NCBI GenBank assembly: GCA_964490365.1
Contig: CAZBAG010000002.1
Location: 73,486 to 137,485, forward strand
From: an uncultured Candidatus Saccharibacteria bacterium
GTDB lineage: Bacteria > Patescibacteriota > Minisyncoccia > Phycocordibacterales > CSBR16-119
DNA: 64,000 bases
Direction of reading: 5' to 3'
Shown: piece by piece, positions 27,500 through 36,733 of the stretch
How the letters are laid out: the number at the start of each line of letters is the position of its first letter
How positions within the stretch are numbered: position 1 is the first letter of the stretch
The notes under the pieces: model-generated
Databases searched by the model: none
What the model was told of the DNA's origin: nothing
The model's input: only the letters and a program-made list of their open reading frames with translations
Translations under genes and position numbers: made by a program

Positions 27500-28369
27500 A
27501 TGTTTCTATTTTTACGAAAAAGAAAAATTCTTGGTCTAGATATTACCGAAGAGCGTATTCGTTATGTGCTCGTTGAAAAAAGTAGAGAGACTACAAAGCT
27601 TATACTCTGTGCCGAAGAAAAAGTTCCCCGAGTTGAACCAAAAAATGCTTTACTTTACGGTCTTCGTAGTATTGTGCAAAAATCAGGTTGTACAAAAGCC
27701 CATGTTTCATTCCCGGCAGATTTCGTCAGGCCTGAAACTGTTTCTGTGTCGTCAAAAACTCGCCAAGAAGATATTGTTTCAGAGCTCGGACTTCGTTTAA
27801 CTGAACGAAAAGCTCTTACTCATGGAGAATCGATTTTTTATTACGAAAAAATTGAATCAATAAATAATAAAGATTTCTATACCGTATTTGTTTCTTCAAA
27901 CGAAACCATTAGTTTTCTTAAAAGTGTCTTCGTGCATGCCGGTCTTGATATTCAAAAGGTTGTTAGTCGTAAAGATGCACTTCTTGCGTCATGTGTGAAA
28001 GAGGGTGAAATTATAAACACCATGGTTATTAACGCTGACGCAGAGAGAGTTGATCTTGCTATCTTTAGCCCGTTCAATCGGTTTAAAGGCGTTAGTGTTG
28101 TGACAGGAAAAGAGAATATTCCAAGGCTTATTGCAGAAACACACCAAGATTTCTATGGCTTGGCGGGTGACAGGATTGGCTATTTCATGTGTGCCGGATC
28201 ATCTACTTCTGATATTTCATTTATAAACTATCTTTCTCGCGAAACGAGACTTCCTGTAAGTCAGACTGATATTTTTGCTAATGTTTCTTTGGGGAGAGGA
28301 GAGCTACCGCTTGTTACAAAAAATGAATCATTTAACTATGCAATAGCACTTGGTGCTGCTATGCGGTAG
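27500..28369 (+). CDS. type IV pilus assembly protein PilM-like (actin-like ATPase fold)
   Basis: N-terminal ILGLDITEERIRYVLVE and a C-terminal NYAIALGAAMR ending like PilM (..LALGLALR). 289 aa. Confidence 0.4.
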   Translation: MFLFLRKRKILGLDITEERIRYVLVEKSRETTKLILCAEEKVPRVEPKNALLYGLRSIVQKSGCTKAHVSFPADFVRPETVSVSSKTRQEDIVSELGLRLTERKALTHGESIFYYEKIESINNKDFYTVFVSSNETISFLKSVFVHAGLDIQKVVSRKDALLASCVKEGEIINTMVINADAERVDLAIFSPFNRFKGVSVVTGKENIPRLIAETHQDFYGLAGDRIGYFMCAGSSTSDISFINYLSRETRLPVSQTDIFANVSLGRGELPLVTKNESFNYAIALGAAMR

Positions 28370-28378
28370 AATACTCAC

Positions 28379-28732
28379 ATGGAACAAGGCCCTAATCCAA
28401 TACAAAGAATACGTGAACGTATTTCTCCTGAAACAAAACAGCGGGTTGCTTTAAGTATAGAAGAAGCCAACGAACGAAAGAAAAAAGTTGATTCTCTCAT
28501 GGAAAAAATACAAGAAAAGCAAATGCAAAAAGTTCATGTAAATTTTATTCTGTTGAATTCTGGATTACCTCATGACTTTATTCAAGGATACTTCACGGGC
28601 GATGAAGACTATCTGTATACCACTGACTACGACTTAAATAATCTGAAGATTATAGAAGAAGGGGTTGATAATTTTGATATAAAAAGAGACGAAGGTAAGA
28701 TGTTTCCAACTTCAGGCCATCACCATAATTAA
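28379..28732 (+). CDS. hypothetical protein
   Basis: 117 aa with no TM helix and no recognisable motif. C-terminal His run. Confidence 0.3.
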   Translation: MEQGPNPIQRIRERISPETKQRVALSIEEANERKKKVDSLMEKIQEKQMQKVHVNFILLNSGLPHDFIQGYFTGDEDYLYTTDYDLNNLKIIEEGVDNFDIKRDEGKMFPTSGHHHN

Positions 28733-28737
28733 ACTAA

Positions 28738-28763
28738 AAGACTCGCATATGCGAGTCTTTTAG
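28738..28763. terminator. bidirectional terminator
   Basis: aaaagactcgcatatgcgagtctttt. Confidence 0.6.
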
Positions 28764-28766
28764 TTT

Positions 28767-28842
28767 TGGTGGGCGATAGAGGACTTGAACCTCTGACCTT
28801 TCCAGTGTAAATGGATTGCTCTACCAACTGAGCTAATCGCCC
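28767..28842 (-). tRNA. tRNA-Val (anticodon TAC), CCA encoded
   Basis: gggcgattagctcagttggtagagca...tttacac...ggttcaagtcctctatcgcccacca. 76 nt. Confidence 0.8.
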
Positions 28843-28885
28843 TTATTGAACCTTAAATATACATTTATTTGCAGAAAACCGCAAA

Positions 28886-28984
28886 CTTGTCCCCTCGGCA
28901 GGAATCGCCTCTCCCTTTGGTCGAAACGCACCATTTTTATAATCGCTTCGCTCTTTAAAAATGGGCGCCCTTGGTTCGATTCCT
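28886..28984 (-). repeat. tRNA-Arg-associated element copy 2: 22-nt direct duplicate of the tRNA-Arg(TCT) 3' end plus the same 84-bp core
   Basis: cttgtcccctcggcaggaatcg at 28886-28907 is identical to 29009-29030. Bases 28901-28984 are identical to 24837-24920. Confidence 0.7.
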
Positions 28985-29012
28985 TTCGAATGTTTGTAAC
29001 ACATCGGCCTTG

Positions 29013-29084
29013 TCCCCTCGGCAGGAATCGAACCTACATCGAGACCTTAGAAGAGTCCTGTTCTATCCATTGAACTACGAGGGG
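29013..29084 (-). tRNA. tRNA-Arg (anticodon TCT)
   Basis: Acceptor cccctcg/cgagggg, D-arm gttcaatggatagaac, anticodon loop cttctaa, T-arm gtaggttcgattcctgc. Confidence 0.8.
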
Positions 29085-29148
29085 TGAACGTTTGAAATAT
29101 ACCATACATGACCAAAATTTCAAGTCTAAATAGGTAGAGTGTCTTTCA

Positions 29149-29907
29149 ATGAGTATTTTGGTAGAATTGAAATATATGGAAAAAGTTGGAAAAAGTTTTG
29201 AGGTTATAAAGAAATTTATTGAAAATACTGATCCACGAGAATTGGCAGAATGTATTAAAACCCTAGAGGGTAGAGCAGAGCAGATAGGTTGGGGTAAAAA
29301 TGCAGATATTTATGCTGTCGGAGATAAGGAATATAAAAGACTTTGCGCGAAAAAAATAAAAGAAAAACCATTCTTACTAGATAATCGTCCAGAAGAAGAA
29401 TTTGCATATCAGCAAAAAGTTAGAGCTCTTGGTGTAAAAACCCCTGCGAGTGTTGCTGTTATTAAAAATATTACAACAGGAGAAGAGTACATCATTATGG
29501 AAAGAATCATAGGTGTGTCTATTGGTGATATTGTAAGCTCTGAGATTAATGCTCCTATTCCTGAAGAATATGATCATGATAGGTTTTTTGAAAAACTAAA
29601 GCAAGATTTAAAAAAAATGCATGAGGATGGGATATATCACAGAGACCTTCATATGGGTAATGTGATGATTGACGAAAAAGGGGATCCTGTAATTATTGAT
29701 TTTGGCAGTGCCACTATTGCCTTTTCTGGTGACGATGATAAGTATTTACAGACTCAGGTTAAACAATATAACAAAGAAAAAGATCGATATGAAGTTGTGA
29801 GCGGGCGTTACCTAGATGACGATAACGGATATGAAAGCTTAAGAAGTTCGATGAATCGACATCTTAATCCAAATAGTATTAATGTTGACAAAAACTGGAA
29901 GTTATGA
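29149..29907 (+). CDS. small protein kinase-like fold protein (atypical/eukaryotic-like kinase; RIO/Bud32/Kdo-kinase-like size)
   Basis: Gly-rich loop IGWGKNADIYAV, conserved Lys region LCAKKIK, catalytic loop HRDLHMGNVMID, and DFG as IIDFGSA. 252 aa. Confidence 0.5.
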   Translation: MSILVELKYMEKVGKSFEVIKKFIENTDPRELAECIKTLEGRAEQIGWGKNADIYAVGDKEYKRLCAKKIKEKPFLLDNRPEEEFAYQQKVRALGVKTPASVAVIKNITTGEEYIIMERIIGVSIGDIVSSEINAPIPEEYDHDRFFEKLKQDLKKMHEDGIYHRDLHMGNVMIDEKGDPVIIDFGSATIAFSGDDDKYLQTQVKQYNKEKDRYEVVSGRYLDDDNGYESLRSSMNRHLNPNSINVDKNWKL

Positions 29908-29935
29908 TTATATTTTAAATAAATAAAAAGAGTAT

Positions 29936-30145
29936 ATGGAAATCCAATCAACATTCAGTGAAGAATTTAAAGAGGTTGTTAGAAAAAAGGCAACAGATTT
30001 AATTTCTTCCAATCAAGAAAAGGGTGAACTAGAAGATGATTTCTATGGTCCGCTTATGATCTTCATAGATAAACGACCCAAAACCATTCTCTTTTCTGCT
30101 AAGATAGATGATCATCAGATCTACGTGGGAGGAGAACAAGAATAA
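29936..30145 (+). CDS. small hypothetical protein
   Basis: 69-aa ORF between the kinase-like gene and the HIT gene. Confidence 0.25.
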   Translation: MEIQSTFSEEFKEVVRKKATDLISSNQEKGELEDDFYGPLMIFIDKRPKTILFSAKIDDHQIYVGGEQE

Positions 30146-30195
30146 GACCACCTTTAGAATTGCCGTAAGTTTATAACTTGCGGTAATTTTATTTT

Positions 30196-30594
30196 TTAAA
30201 TTAAATCTCTTTTTATATTCTCTGCTTGCTTGATTAACGTTTCATCGCTTACTTCTCCGCCCATGTGGATTTCAAGCTTCTCACCTTTTCGAACGGGATA
30301 CATTTTTATATGAACATGAGGCACATGAAAACCCTCTACTAACATGCAGACTCTTTCAGCATTTAAAGCTGTGTGCATTGCAGAACCAATTTTTTTTGCA
30401 AGGTTAAAAAGATATGAGTATGTTGTATCGTCTAAATCAAACACGTAGTCTGTTGGTGTTTTTGGTATTACAAGCACCTGTCCCGAAATAGCTGGGAATT
30501 TATCCATAATAGCGATAGCTTGCTCATCTTCATATACAAATACTGCAGGTATTTCTCGATCAATAATCTTTTCAAATATTGTTTTCATACTCAT
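30196..30594 (-). CDS. HIT family (histidine triad) nucleotide hydrolase
   Basis: HVPHVHIKMYP histidine triad. 132 aa, HinT-like. Confidence 0.75.
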   Translation of the reverse strand: MSMKTIFEKIIDREIPAVFVYEDEQAIAIMDKFPAISGQVLVIPKTPTDYVFDLDDTTYSYLFNLAKKIGSAMHTALNAERVCMLVEGFHVPHVHIKMYPVRKGEKLEIHMGGEVSDETLIKQAENIKRDLI

Positions 30595-30629
30595 ATTTTA
30601 GCATGTTTCAAGTGTGATAGAATTGACCA

Positions 30630-32333
30630 ATGACTATTGCAGAAATCCCTGAAAAATTAGATAAAGAATTGGCACGATATTCTCCACTTATCCGTAGACT
30701 TCTTGTAAATAGAAATATAACAACAGCAGAAGAGGCGAGAGCCTTCATGTTTCCTTCATACGAAGATGATGTTCATGATCCATTTTTAATGAAAAATATG
30801 GAAGGTGTTGTTTCTCGGATTTATACTGCGATACAGAATAATGAAAAAATTGTCGTATATTCAGACTACGACTGCGACGGTATTCCAGGCGCGGTGATTA
30901 TGCATGAATTTTTTAAAACTGTTGGTTACACGAATTTTGAAGTGTATATTCCTGATCGACACAAAGAAGGATACGGTTTAAATGCTGATGCGGTTCGTCA
31001 GATTGTAAAAGATGGGGCACAACTTTTAATAACACTCGATCTTGGTATTACCGCAGTAGCGGAAACAACACTCGCAAAAAGTTTAGGTATGGATGTGATT
31101 ATTACCGACCACCACCAACCCCAAGAACAACTTCCCGAAGCTCTTTTTATCTTAAACCCAAAACAAGAAGGTGATAGGTATCCTGACAAGATGCTCTGCG
31201 GTTCTGGAGTTGCTTTCAAATGCATACAATCATTTTTAAAAACATATGGAAAAGAATTTGGTGTGAAAGAAGGTTACGAAAAATGGATGCTCGACATGGT
31301 TGGTCTTGCAACTCTTGCTGACATGGTGCCACTACGAAATGAAAATCGGGTGTTCGCATATTATGGTTTAAAAGTTTTAAGAAAAACAAAACGTCTTGGA
31401 CTTCTGAAACTTTTTAGAAAGACATCACTGAAACCTGAAACACTTCAAGACGAAGATATTACATTTACGATTTGTCCTCGTCTAAATGCAGCAGGAAGAA
31501 TGGATCATCCTCGCTATGCGTTCGACCTACTTGTTGCAGACAATGAAGACGCAGCTGAAACATCAGCTGCGTATCTTACGAAAATAAATAATGAACGTAA
31601 AACGCTTGTTGCTACGATGATGCGATCGGTGCACAAAGAGGTTTCGGCACGACAAAAAGATTTCTCTGTTATTTGCATTGGTGACACAACATGGCGAGCG
31701 GGTGTGCTTGGTCTTGTTGCAGGAAAGATTGTTGATGAATATAAGAAGCCAGCTTTTGTGTGGGGGCTTGAAGGTGGTGAAACAATAAAAGGTTCGTGTC
31801 GTTCGTCTGGCGAAGTAAATCTTGTAGACATGATGACACTTCTTCCTGAAAATAGCTTGCTTGAATTTGGTGGTCACGAGATGGCTGGAGGTTTTTCGGT
31901 TTCTCGTGAAGAAATTCATTTCCTTGAAGAAAGGTTAGAGGAGGCGTATCAAAATACTCCCAAAAAAGAAGTTTCACGAAATGAGGAAGTTCTTGTTGAT
32001 GCAGAGCTTTCTCTCGATGAGGTGCGCAAAGATGTATTTGAAGAAATTAATATGTTGGCACCATTTGGTGTTGCAAATCCAAAACCAGTTTTTCTATTTC
32101 CGAGCATTGAAGTTTCTGAAGTGCGAACATTTGGAAAAAATAATGAACACATCGAGCTATCATTTAAAAACTCAAAAGGAAAAATAGTAAAGGCTATTCA
32201 ATTTTTTAAATCGTTTCACAGTCTTCCTTCTCATGTTCGAGCAGGGAATAATATTAATTTGAAGGCACATATTGAAAAATCTACATTTGGATGGAAAGAA
32301 GAGATACGACTTCGGATAGTTGAGATTTCTTAA
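30630..32333 (+). CDS. recJ: single-stranded-DNA-specific exonuclease RecJ
   Basis: DHH motifs (DYDCDGIPGA, ITDHHQP) and a DHHA1 C-terminal domain. 567 aa. Confidence 0.85.
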   Translation: MTIAEIPEKLDKELARYSPLIRRLLVNRNITTAEEARAFMFPSYEDDVHDPFLMKNMEGVVSRIYTAIQNNEKIVVYSDYDCDGIPGAVIMHEFFKTVGYTNFEVYIPDRHKEGYGLNADAVRQIVKDGAQLLITLDLGITAVAETTLAKSLGMDVIITDHHQPQEQLPEALFILNPKQEGDRYPDKMLCGSGVAFKCIQSFLKTYGKEFGVKEGYEKWMLDMVGLATLADMVPLRNENRVFAYYGLKVLRKTKRLGLLKLFRKTSLKPETLQDEDITFTICPRLNAAGRMDHPRYAFDLLVADNEDAAETSAAYLTKINNERKTLVATMMRSVHKEVSARQKDFSVICIGDTTWRAGVLGLVAGKIVDEYKKPAFVWGLEGGETIKGSCRSSGEVNLVDMMTLLPENSLLEFGGHEMAGGFSVSREEIHFLEERLEEAYQNTPKKEVSRNEEVLVDAELSLDEVRKDVFEEINMLAPFGVANPKPVFLFPSIEVSEVRTFGKNNEHIELSFKNSKGKIVKAIQFFKSFHSLPSHVRAGNNINLKAHIEKSTFGWKEEIRLRIVEIS

Positions 32334-32366
32334 AGAGGGTGGTATTCTGTTTAAAATTTCACGACC

Positions 32367-32753
32367 ATGGAAATGCTCCTTCAGTTGGTTCTTATTTTTC
32401 TTTGTTTTTTCCTTGGATGGATAGCACATGGATCACATAGACTGTTGAATACATATTCCCAATCCAGTAGGCTTGCTCTTGTGTCGTTGGTATATCTCAT
32501 CTTGATTCCAGCGCCTTTGTTTCTCTATGAAGAGAAGGTCTCATCAATTATCATGATGACTGCTTTACTTGTAGAGTATTCAATCAGTACATTCATGGCA
32601 GATGAAAAGATGCACGAAGAGCACTCCGTTACCTACAAGGCTCAGAAAGAAATGAAGAAGAGGTTTAAGCAAGAGCGAAGAGAAGCTCTCCAGATCTCTA
32701 GGCAGAGAAAAAACGAAACAGTGCAAATGTCGCACATCCAAGACCAGCTTTGA
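32367..32753 (+). CDS. hypothetical membrane protein
   Basis: Three predicted TM helices followed by a basic C-terminal tail. Confidence 0.35.
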   Translation: MEMLLQLVLIFLCFFLGWIAHGSHRLLNTYSQSSRLALVSLVYLILIPAPLFLYEEKVSSIIMMTALLVEYSISTFMADEKMHEEHSVTYKAQKEMKKRFKQERREALQISRQRKNETVQMSHIQDQL

Positions 32754-32776
32754 GGCTGGTCTTTTTCTTTGGTACA

Positions 32777-33493
32777 ATGACTTCAATGTCAGAGAATATA
32801 CAAGAGATAAAAATCTTTACTGATGGTGGTGCAATCGGGAATCCTGGTCCTGGTGGATGGGGGGCAATCATCTTGAATGAAACTTCAAAGAAGGTGATTG
32901 AACTCGGTGGCAAAGAAGACAAGACAACCAACAATCGAATGGAGATGATGGCAATTGTCCAAGCACTCAAATATTCTCCAGACGGGCTAATTACTATCTA
33001 CTCAGATTCAAAATACACTATTACTGGTATCACTCAGTGGGTGTTTGGTTGGGAGAAAAATAATTGGAAGACAAAAAACAAAACTGATGTACTCAATAAA
33101 GATCTATGGCAAGCGTTGATTGAAGTTACAAAAGATAAAGAAATCGAATGGAAGCATGTTGAGGGTCATGTTGGTATTGCTGGAAACGAAAGAGTAGACA
33201 CTATTGCCAACTCATTTGCGCGGGGTAACGAAGTTTCTCTTTTTAATGGTGATCTCAAAGAATATTCAGTGAATCTTCTTGATATGAAAAAAAATGAAGC
33301 TGCGGCTTCACAAAAAGCAAAAGCTAAATCAAGTGCAAAAGCCTACTCGTACATCAGTATGATTGATGGAAAAATTGAAAAGCATACTACCTGGGCAGAA
33401 TGTGAAGCGAGAGTAAAAGGTAAAAAGGCCAGATTCAAAAAAACTCTTTCAAAAGAAGACGAAGAAAAAATTATTAGTGAATGGATTAAGTAA
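32777..33493 (+). CDS. rnhA: ribonuclease HI with C-terminal hybrid-binding (Cauli_VI-like) domain
   Basis: RNase H core (IFTDGGAIGNPGPGGWGAIIL, MEMMAIVQAL, IYSDSKY, HVGIAGNERVD). C-terminal YSYISMIDGKIEKHTTWAECEARVKGKKARFKKTLSKEDEEKI matches the RNase H1 N-terminal hybrid-binding domain pattern. The start was trimmed to MTSMSE. Confidence 0.75.
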   Translation: MTSMSENIQEIKIFTDGGAIGNPGPGGWGAIILNETSKKVIELGGKEDKTTNNRMEMMAIVQALKYSPDGLITIYSDSKYTITGITQWVFGWEKNNWKTKNKTDVLNKDLWQALIEVTKDKEIEWKHVEGHVGIAGNERVDTIANSFARGNEVSLFNGDLKEYSVNLLDMKKNEAAASQKAKAKSSAKAYSYISMIDGKIEKHTTWAECEARVKGKKARFKKTLSKEDEEKIISEWIK

Positions 33494-33498
33494 CCTCT

Positions 33499-34962
33499 AT
33501 GAGGGATACTATTATTTTTGTTAGCACCTTCTCGTTTTTAGGAGGTGTTTTTCTGAGTTCTATTTTTACGATACCTACTGAATATTTTTGGATATTTGGT
33601 GTAGTGTTCGTAGTGCTTATTGTCAGTTTTTTCTTGCTTCGAAAAAAGACATTACTACTTGTTTCGTGTGGTGTACTTTTTGTATTTCTTGGAATTTTTC
33701 GTTTTCATCATAAAGACATTCGTGAGCCAAAAACTATTTTTGACGATATTGTTGGAAGTGAAGTACAGTTTGAAGGCGTGATACAGCAGGACCCCGATAG
33801 AAGGGAAAATAATCAAAGAGTTATTGTTGGTTTTGAAGGTGTTGACGTTCTTGTTTCTACTGAGCTGTATCCTGAATTTACCTACGGTGATCTTGTCCAA
33901 GTTTCTGGTGTGCTCGAAAAGCCAGAAAATTTTAAGACAGATATTGGGAAAGAATTTGATTACATCCACTATCTTTCAAAAGATAGTATTTATTACACTA
34001 TTTCATACGGGGATGTCACACTTGTTTCAAGTGGTCATGGAAGTGGATTTATGAGTGTTGTTCTTAAGACAAAACATACCTTACTTAATACACTAGAAAA
34101 AATTATTCCACCTCCACAAAGTTCGCTCTTGGGAGGCTTGTTACTTGGAACAAAGCAATCACTTGGAAAAGATTTAGAGCAACGTTTTATTGATACTGGG
34201 CTGATCCATATTGTTGTTTTGTCTGGGTATAACGTTACGATTGTTGCAGAAGCAATTATGCGACTACTTTCTTTTTTACCGCTCGTTGCTAGTGTCGCGA
34301 CAGGGTCGCTTGCCATTGTGTTGTTCGCGCTTATGACGGGTGCCGGGGCAACGATTGTTCGAGCCAGTATTATGGCGATTATTGCCCTTATTGCACGAGC
34401 AACGGGAAATGCTTTTCACATGACTCGAGCACTCATGTTTGCTGGATTCCTCATGGTTCTTCATAATCCATACATTCTCTACTTCGATCTTTCTTTTCAG
34501 CTTTCTTTTTTGGCGACCCTTGGACTTATCTATCTTTCACCACTCTTTGAGAAATATTTCCAGTGGCTTCCTAAAAAGTTTGGACTTCGAGAAATTGCCT
34601 CTGCAACACTTGCTACACAAATTTTTGTATTGCCATTTATTCTCTACACTATGGGCACCCTTTCTCTCATTGCACCGTTTACCAACCTCCTTGTATTGCC
34701 ATTTGTGCCACTCACCATGTTCTTTGGCTTTCTTACTGGGCTTGTCGGACTACTATCTCCAATAGTTGCTATACCGTTTGGCTTTGTTGTAAACGTGCTT
34801 CTTAAGTTTGAAATAGCTGTTGTTACGCTTTTTTCAAAATTACAATTTGCGGTGATGGAGGTAAAAAATTTCCCACTATGGCTTGCGCTGGTTGTATACC
34901 TCATTATCTTTTGGTTTTTGTATAAACAGTATAAAATTTATTCTAATGAACAGAGAACATAA
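33499..34962 (+). CDS. comEC: ComEC/Rec2 competence channel protein (DUF4131 + Competence domain portion)
   Basis: Multi-TM protein. SLLGGLLLGTKQSLGKDLEQRFIDTGLIHIVVLSGYNVTIV is the Competence-domain signature. Confidence 0.75.
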   Translation: MRDTIIFVSTFSFLGGVFLSSIFTIPTEYFWIFGVVFVVLIVSFFLLRKKTLLLVSCGVLFVFLGIFRFHHKDIREPKTIFDDIVGSEVQFEGVIQQDPDRRENNQRVIVGFEGVDVLVSTELYPEFTYGDLVQVSGVLEKPENFKTDIGKEFDYIHYLSKDSIYYTISYGDVTLVSSGHGSGFMSVVLKTKHTLLNTLEKIIPPPQSSLLGGLLLGTKQSLGKDLEQRFIDTGLIHIVVLSGYNVTIVAEAIMRLLSFLPLVASVATGSLAIVLFALMTGAGATIVRASIMAIIALIARATGNAFHMTRALMFAGFLMVLHNPYILYFDLSFQLSFLATLGLIYLSPLFEKYFQWLPKKFGLREIASATLATQIFVLPFILYTMGTLSLIAPFTNLLVLPFVPLTMFFGFLTGLVGLLSPIVAIPFGFVVNVLLKFEIAVVTLFSKLQFAVMEVKNFPLWLALVVYLIIFWFLYKQYKIYSNEQRT

Positions 34963-35803
34963 ACTTTTTATTGTCTCAATCCTACTTCTTGTTGGTATAA
35001 ATATTTTTGTATGGAGTTATACTCCACAAGCGCCTGATACTACGCTCACCGTTTCATTTCTTGACGTTGGACAAGGAGACGCTGTTTTTATTGAAGTCCC
35101 GAATGGCAAGCAAATGCTTATCGATGGAGGTAAAAATAGTTCCATGCTTTCTGCACTCGGAGAGCAGATCGATTTTCAAGATAGGGACATAGATGTTGTA
35201 TTGGTAACACATCCACATGCTGACCATATTGGTGGTTTACCTGAAGTATTTGACCGTTTTAATGTTCACTATTTTATTGATACAGGATTAGCAGGGGAAG
35301 ATAACACCTATCGAACACTCATAGATAAAGTTTCCTCAGAGACTTCAGTGTACAAAAAGGGTGAAAGGGGACTTACAATTATTTTAGATAAAAAGAATGG
35401 AGTATATTTTCAAATATTGGCTCCTGATGAACGATTTAACTACAAAGATCCAAACGATATGTCTATTGTGGGAAGGCTTGTCTATAAAGATTCGAGCTTT
35501 CTGCTGACCGGTGACGCTTCAAAAGCAATTGAAAATATTCTCGTGTATTCAGACGGAAATCTTCTCGACAGCGATATTTTAAAAGCCGGTCACCATGGGT
35601 CAAAAACTGCTTCAGGACTTTTATTTCTCGAAACGGTAACACCAGACGCTTCTATAATTTCAGCGAGTTCGGATAATAGTTATGGGCATCCACATATAAG
35701 CGTTCTTCAAAACTTAGAGTCGGTCGGTTCAGAAATCCTTGAAACATCAAAAGAGGGAACAATAACGTTTGAGACAGACGGCACAACTATTTGGAGAAAA
35801 TAA
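34946..35803 (+). CDS. membrane-anchored metallo-beta-lactamase fold protein (ComEC C-terminal domain as a separate ORF)
   Basis: N-terminal TM helix. SFLDVGQGDAVFIE...VLVTHPHADHIGG MBL motifs. It overlaps the channel ORF by 17 nt and is in a different frame. Confidence 0.7.
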   Translation: MNREHKLFIVSILLLVGINIFVWSYTPQAPDTTLTVSFLDVGQGDAVFIEVPNGKQMLIDGGKNSSMLSALGEQIDFQDRDIDVVLVTHPHADHIGGLPEVFDRFNVHYFIDTGLAGEDNTYRTLIDKVSSETSVYKKGERGLTIILDKKNGVYFQILAPDERFNYKDPNDMSIVGRLVYKDSSFLLTGDASKAIENILVYSDGNLLDSDILKAGHHGSKTASGLLFLETVTPDASIISASSDNSYGHPHISVLQNLESVGSEILETSKEGTITFETDGTTIWRK

Positions 35804-35829
35804 AAAGAGCACCTCACGGTGCTCTTTTT
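35803..35829. terminator. bidirectional terminator
   Basis: aaaaagagcacctcacggtgctcttttt. Confidence 0.6.
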
Positions 35830-35830
35830 A

Positions 35831-36073
35831 TTATATAATTCCTGCTTTTTTGAGTGTTTTGAATGCCCCGTTTTTGTTGATTGTTTTGATTGCCTTTGTT
35901 GAGATTTCAAGTCGTATTGTTTGACCTGTTTCAGGGATATAAATCTTCTTTCGTTGCATGTTTACCTTTTGAACTCGTGTACCTGTTGGGTTGAATTGGG
36001 TAGCACGAACACGGTTACTGTATTTCCCAGCTACGTTGCGTGTTTTCTTTGTTATTGGGCATGTTTTTGCCAT
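35831..36073 (-). CDS. rpmB: 50S ribosomal protein L28
   Basis: MAKTCPITKKTRNVAGKYSNRVRATQFNPTG is typical of L28. The start was trimmed from the 36112 ORF start. Confidence 0.75.
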   Translation of the reverse strand: MAKTCPITKKTRNVAGKYSNRVRATQFNPTGTRVQKVNMQRKKIYIPETGQTIRLEISTKAIKTINKNGAFKTLKKAGII

Positions 36074-36106
36074 AAGTTCCCCTATGCTATCATAAGGGGT
36101 ATAAAC

Positions 36107-36730
36107 ATGCAAGACCTTAATTCAATATTCTATATACTCGTACTTCTGATGTCTGTGGTTATCCATGAAGTCGCTCATGGCTACGCAGCCTTGTATTTTG
36201 GGGATAAAACTGCTGAATATGCTGGTCGATTAACACTAAATCCATTAAAACATCTTGATCCTTTTGGGTCGGTTATTCTTCCGCTTTTGCTTGTTATAAC
36301 ACATGCGCCATTTCTCATAGGTTGGGCAAAACCAGTCCCTTATAACCCAGAAAATTTACGAAACCAAAAGACAGCAGTTTTATGGGTTGCTTCTGCGGGA
36401 ATATTGGCAAACCTGTCGATTGCCATCTTTTTTGGTATTGTGATCAGAGTTTCTCTTGCCACCGGTATTCTAGGGTCATCATTTATAGAACTTGCTTCGA
36501 TTGTTGTTCTTCTTAATATTGTGCTTGCATTATTTAATCTTGTTCCAATTCCACCACTCGACGGATCAAAAATTTTGTTTACACCACTTGGATATCGCGG
36601 CAGAAAACTAGAAGCATTTATTTCAAGATACTCTCTATTTGTATTGCTTTTCTTTATCCTTTTTCTCTGGCAATATATTGCTCCTGTTATCTATATTGTC
36701 TTTAGACTCATAACAGGAATTTCTCTCTAA
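36107..36730 (+). CDS. site-2 protease family zinc metalloprotease (peptidase M50)
   Basis: HExxH as VIHEVAHG within a TM helix, followed by LNPLKHLDPFGS and a multi-TM topology. The start was trimmed to MQDLNS. Confidence 0.7.
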   Translation: MQDLNSIFYILVLLMSVVIHEVAHGYAALYFGDKTAEYAGRLTLNPLKHLDPFGSVILPLLLVITHAPFLIGWAKPVPYNPENLRNQKTAVLWVASAGILANLSIAIFFGIVIRVSLATGILGSSFIELASIVVLLNIVLALFNLVPIPPLDGSKILFTPLGYRGRKLEAFISRYSLFVLLFFILFLWQYIAPVIYIVFRLITGISL

Positions 36731-36733
36731 ACT

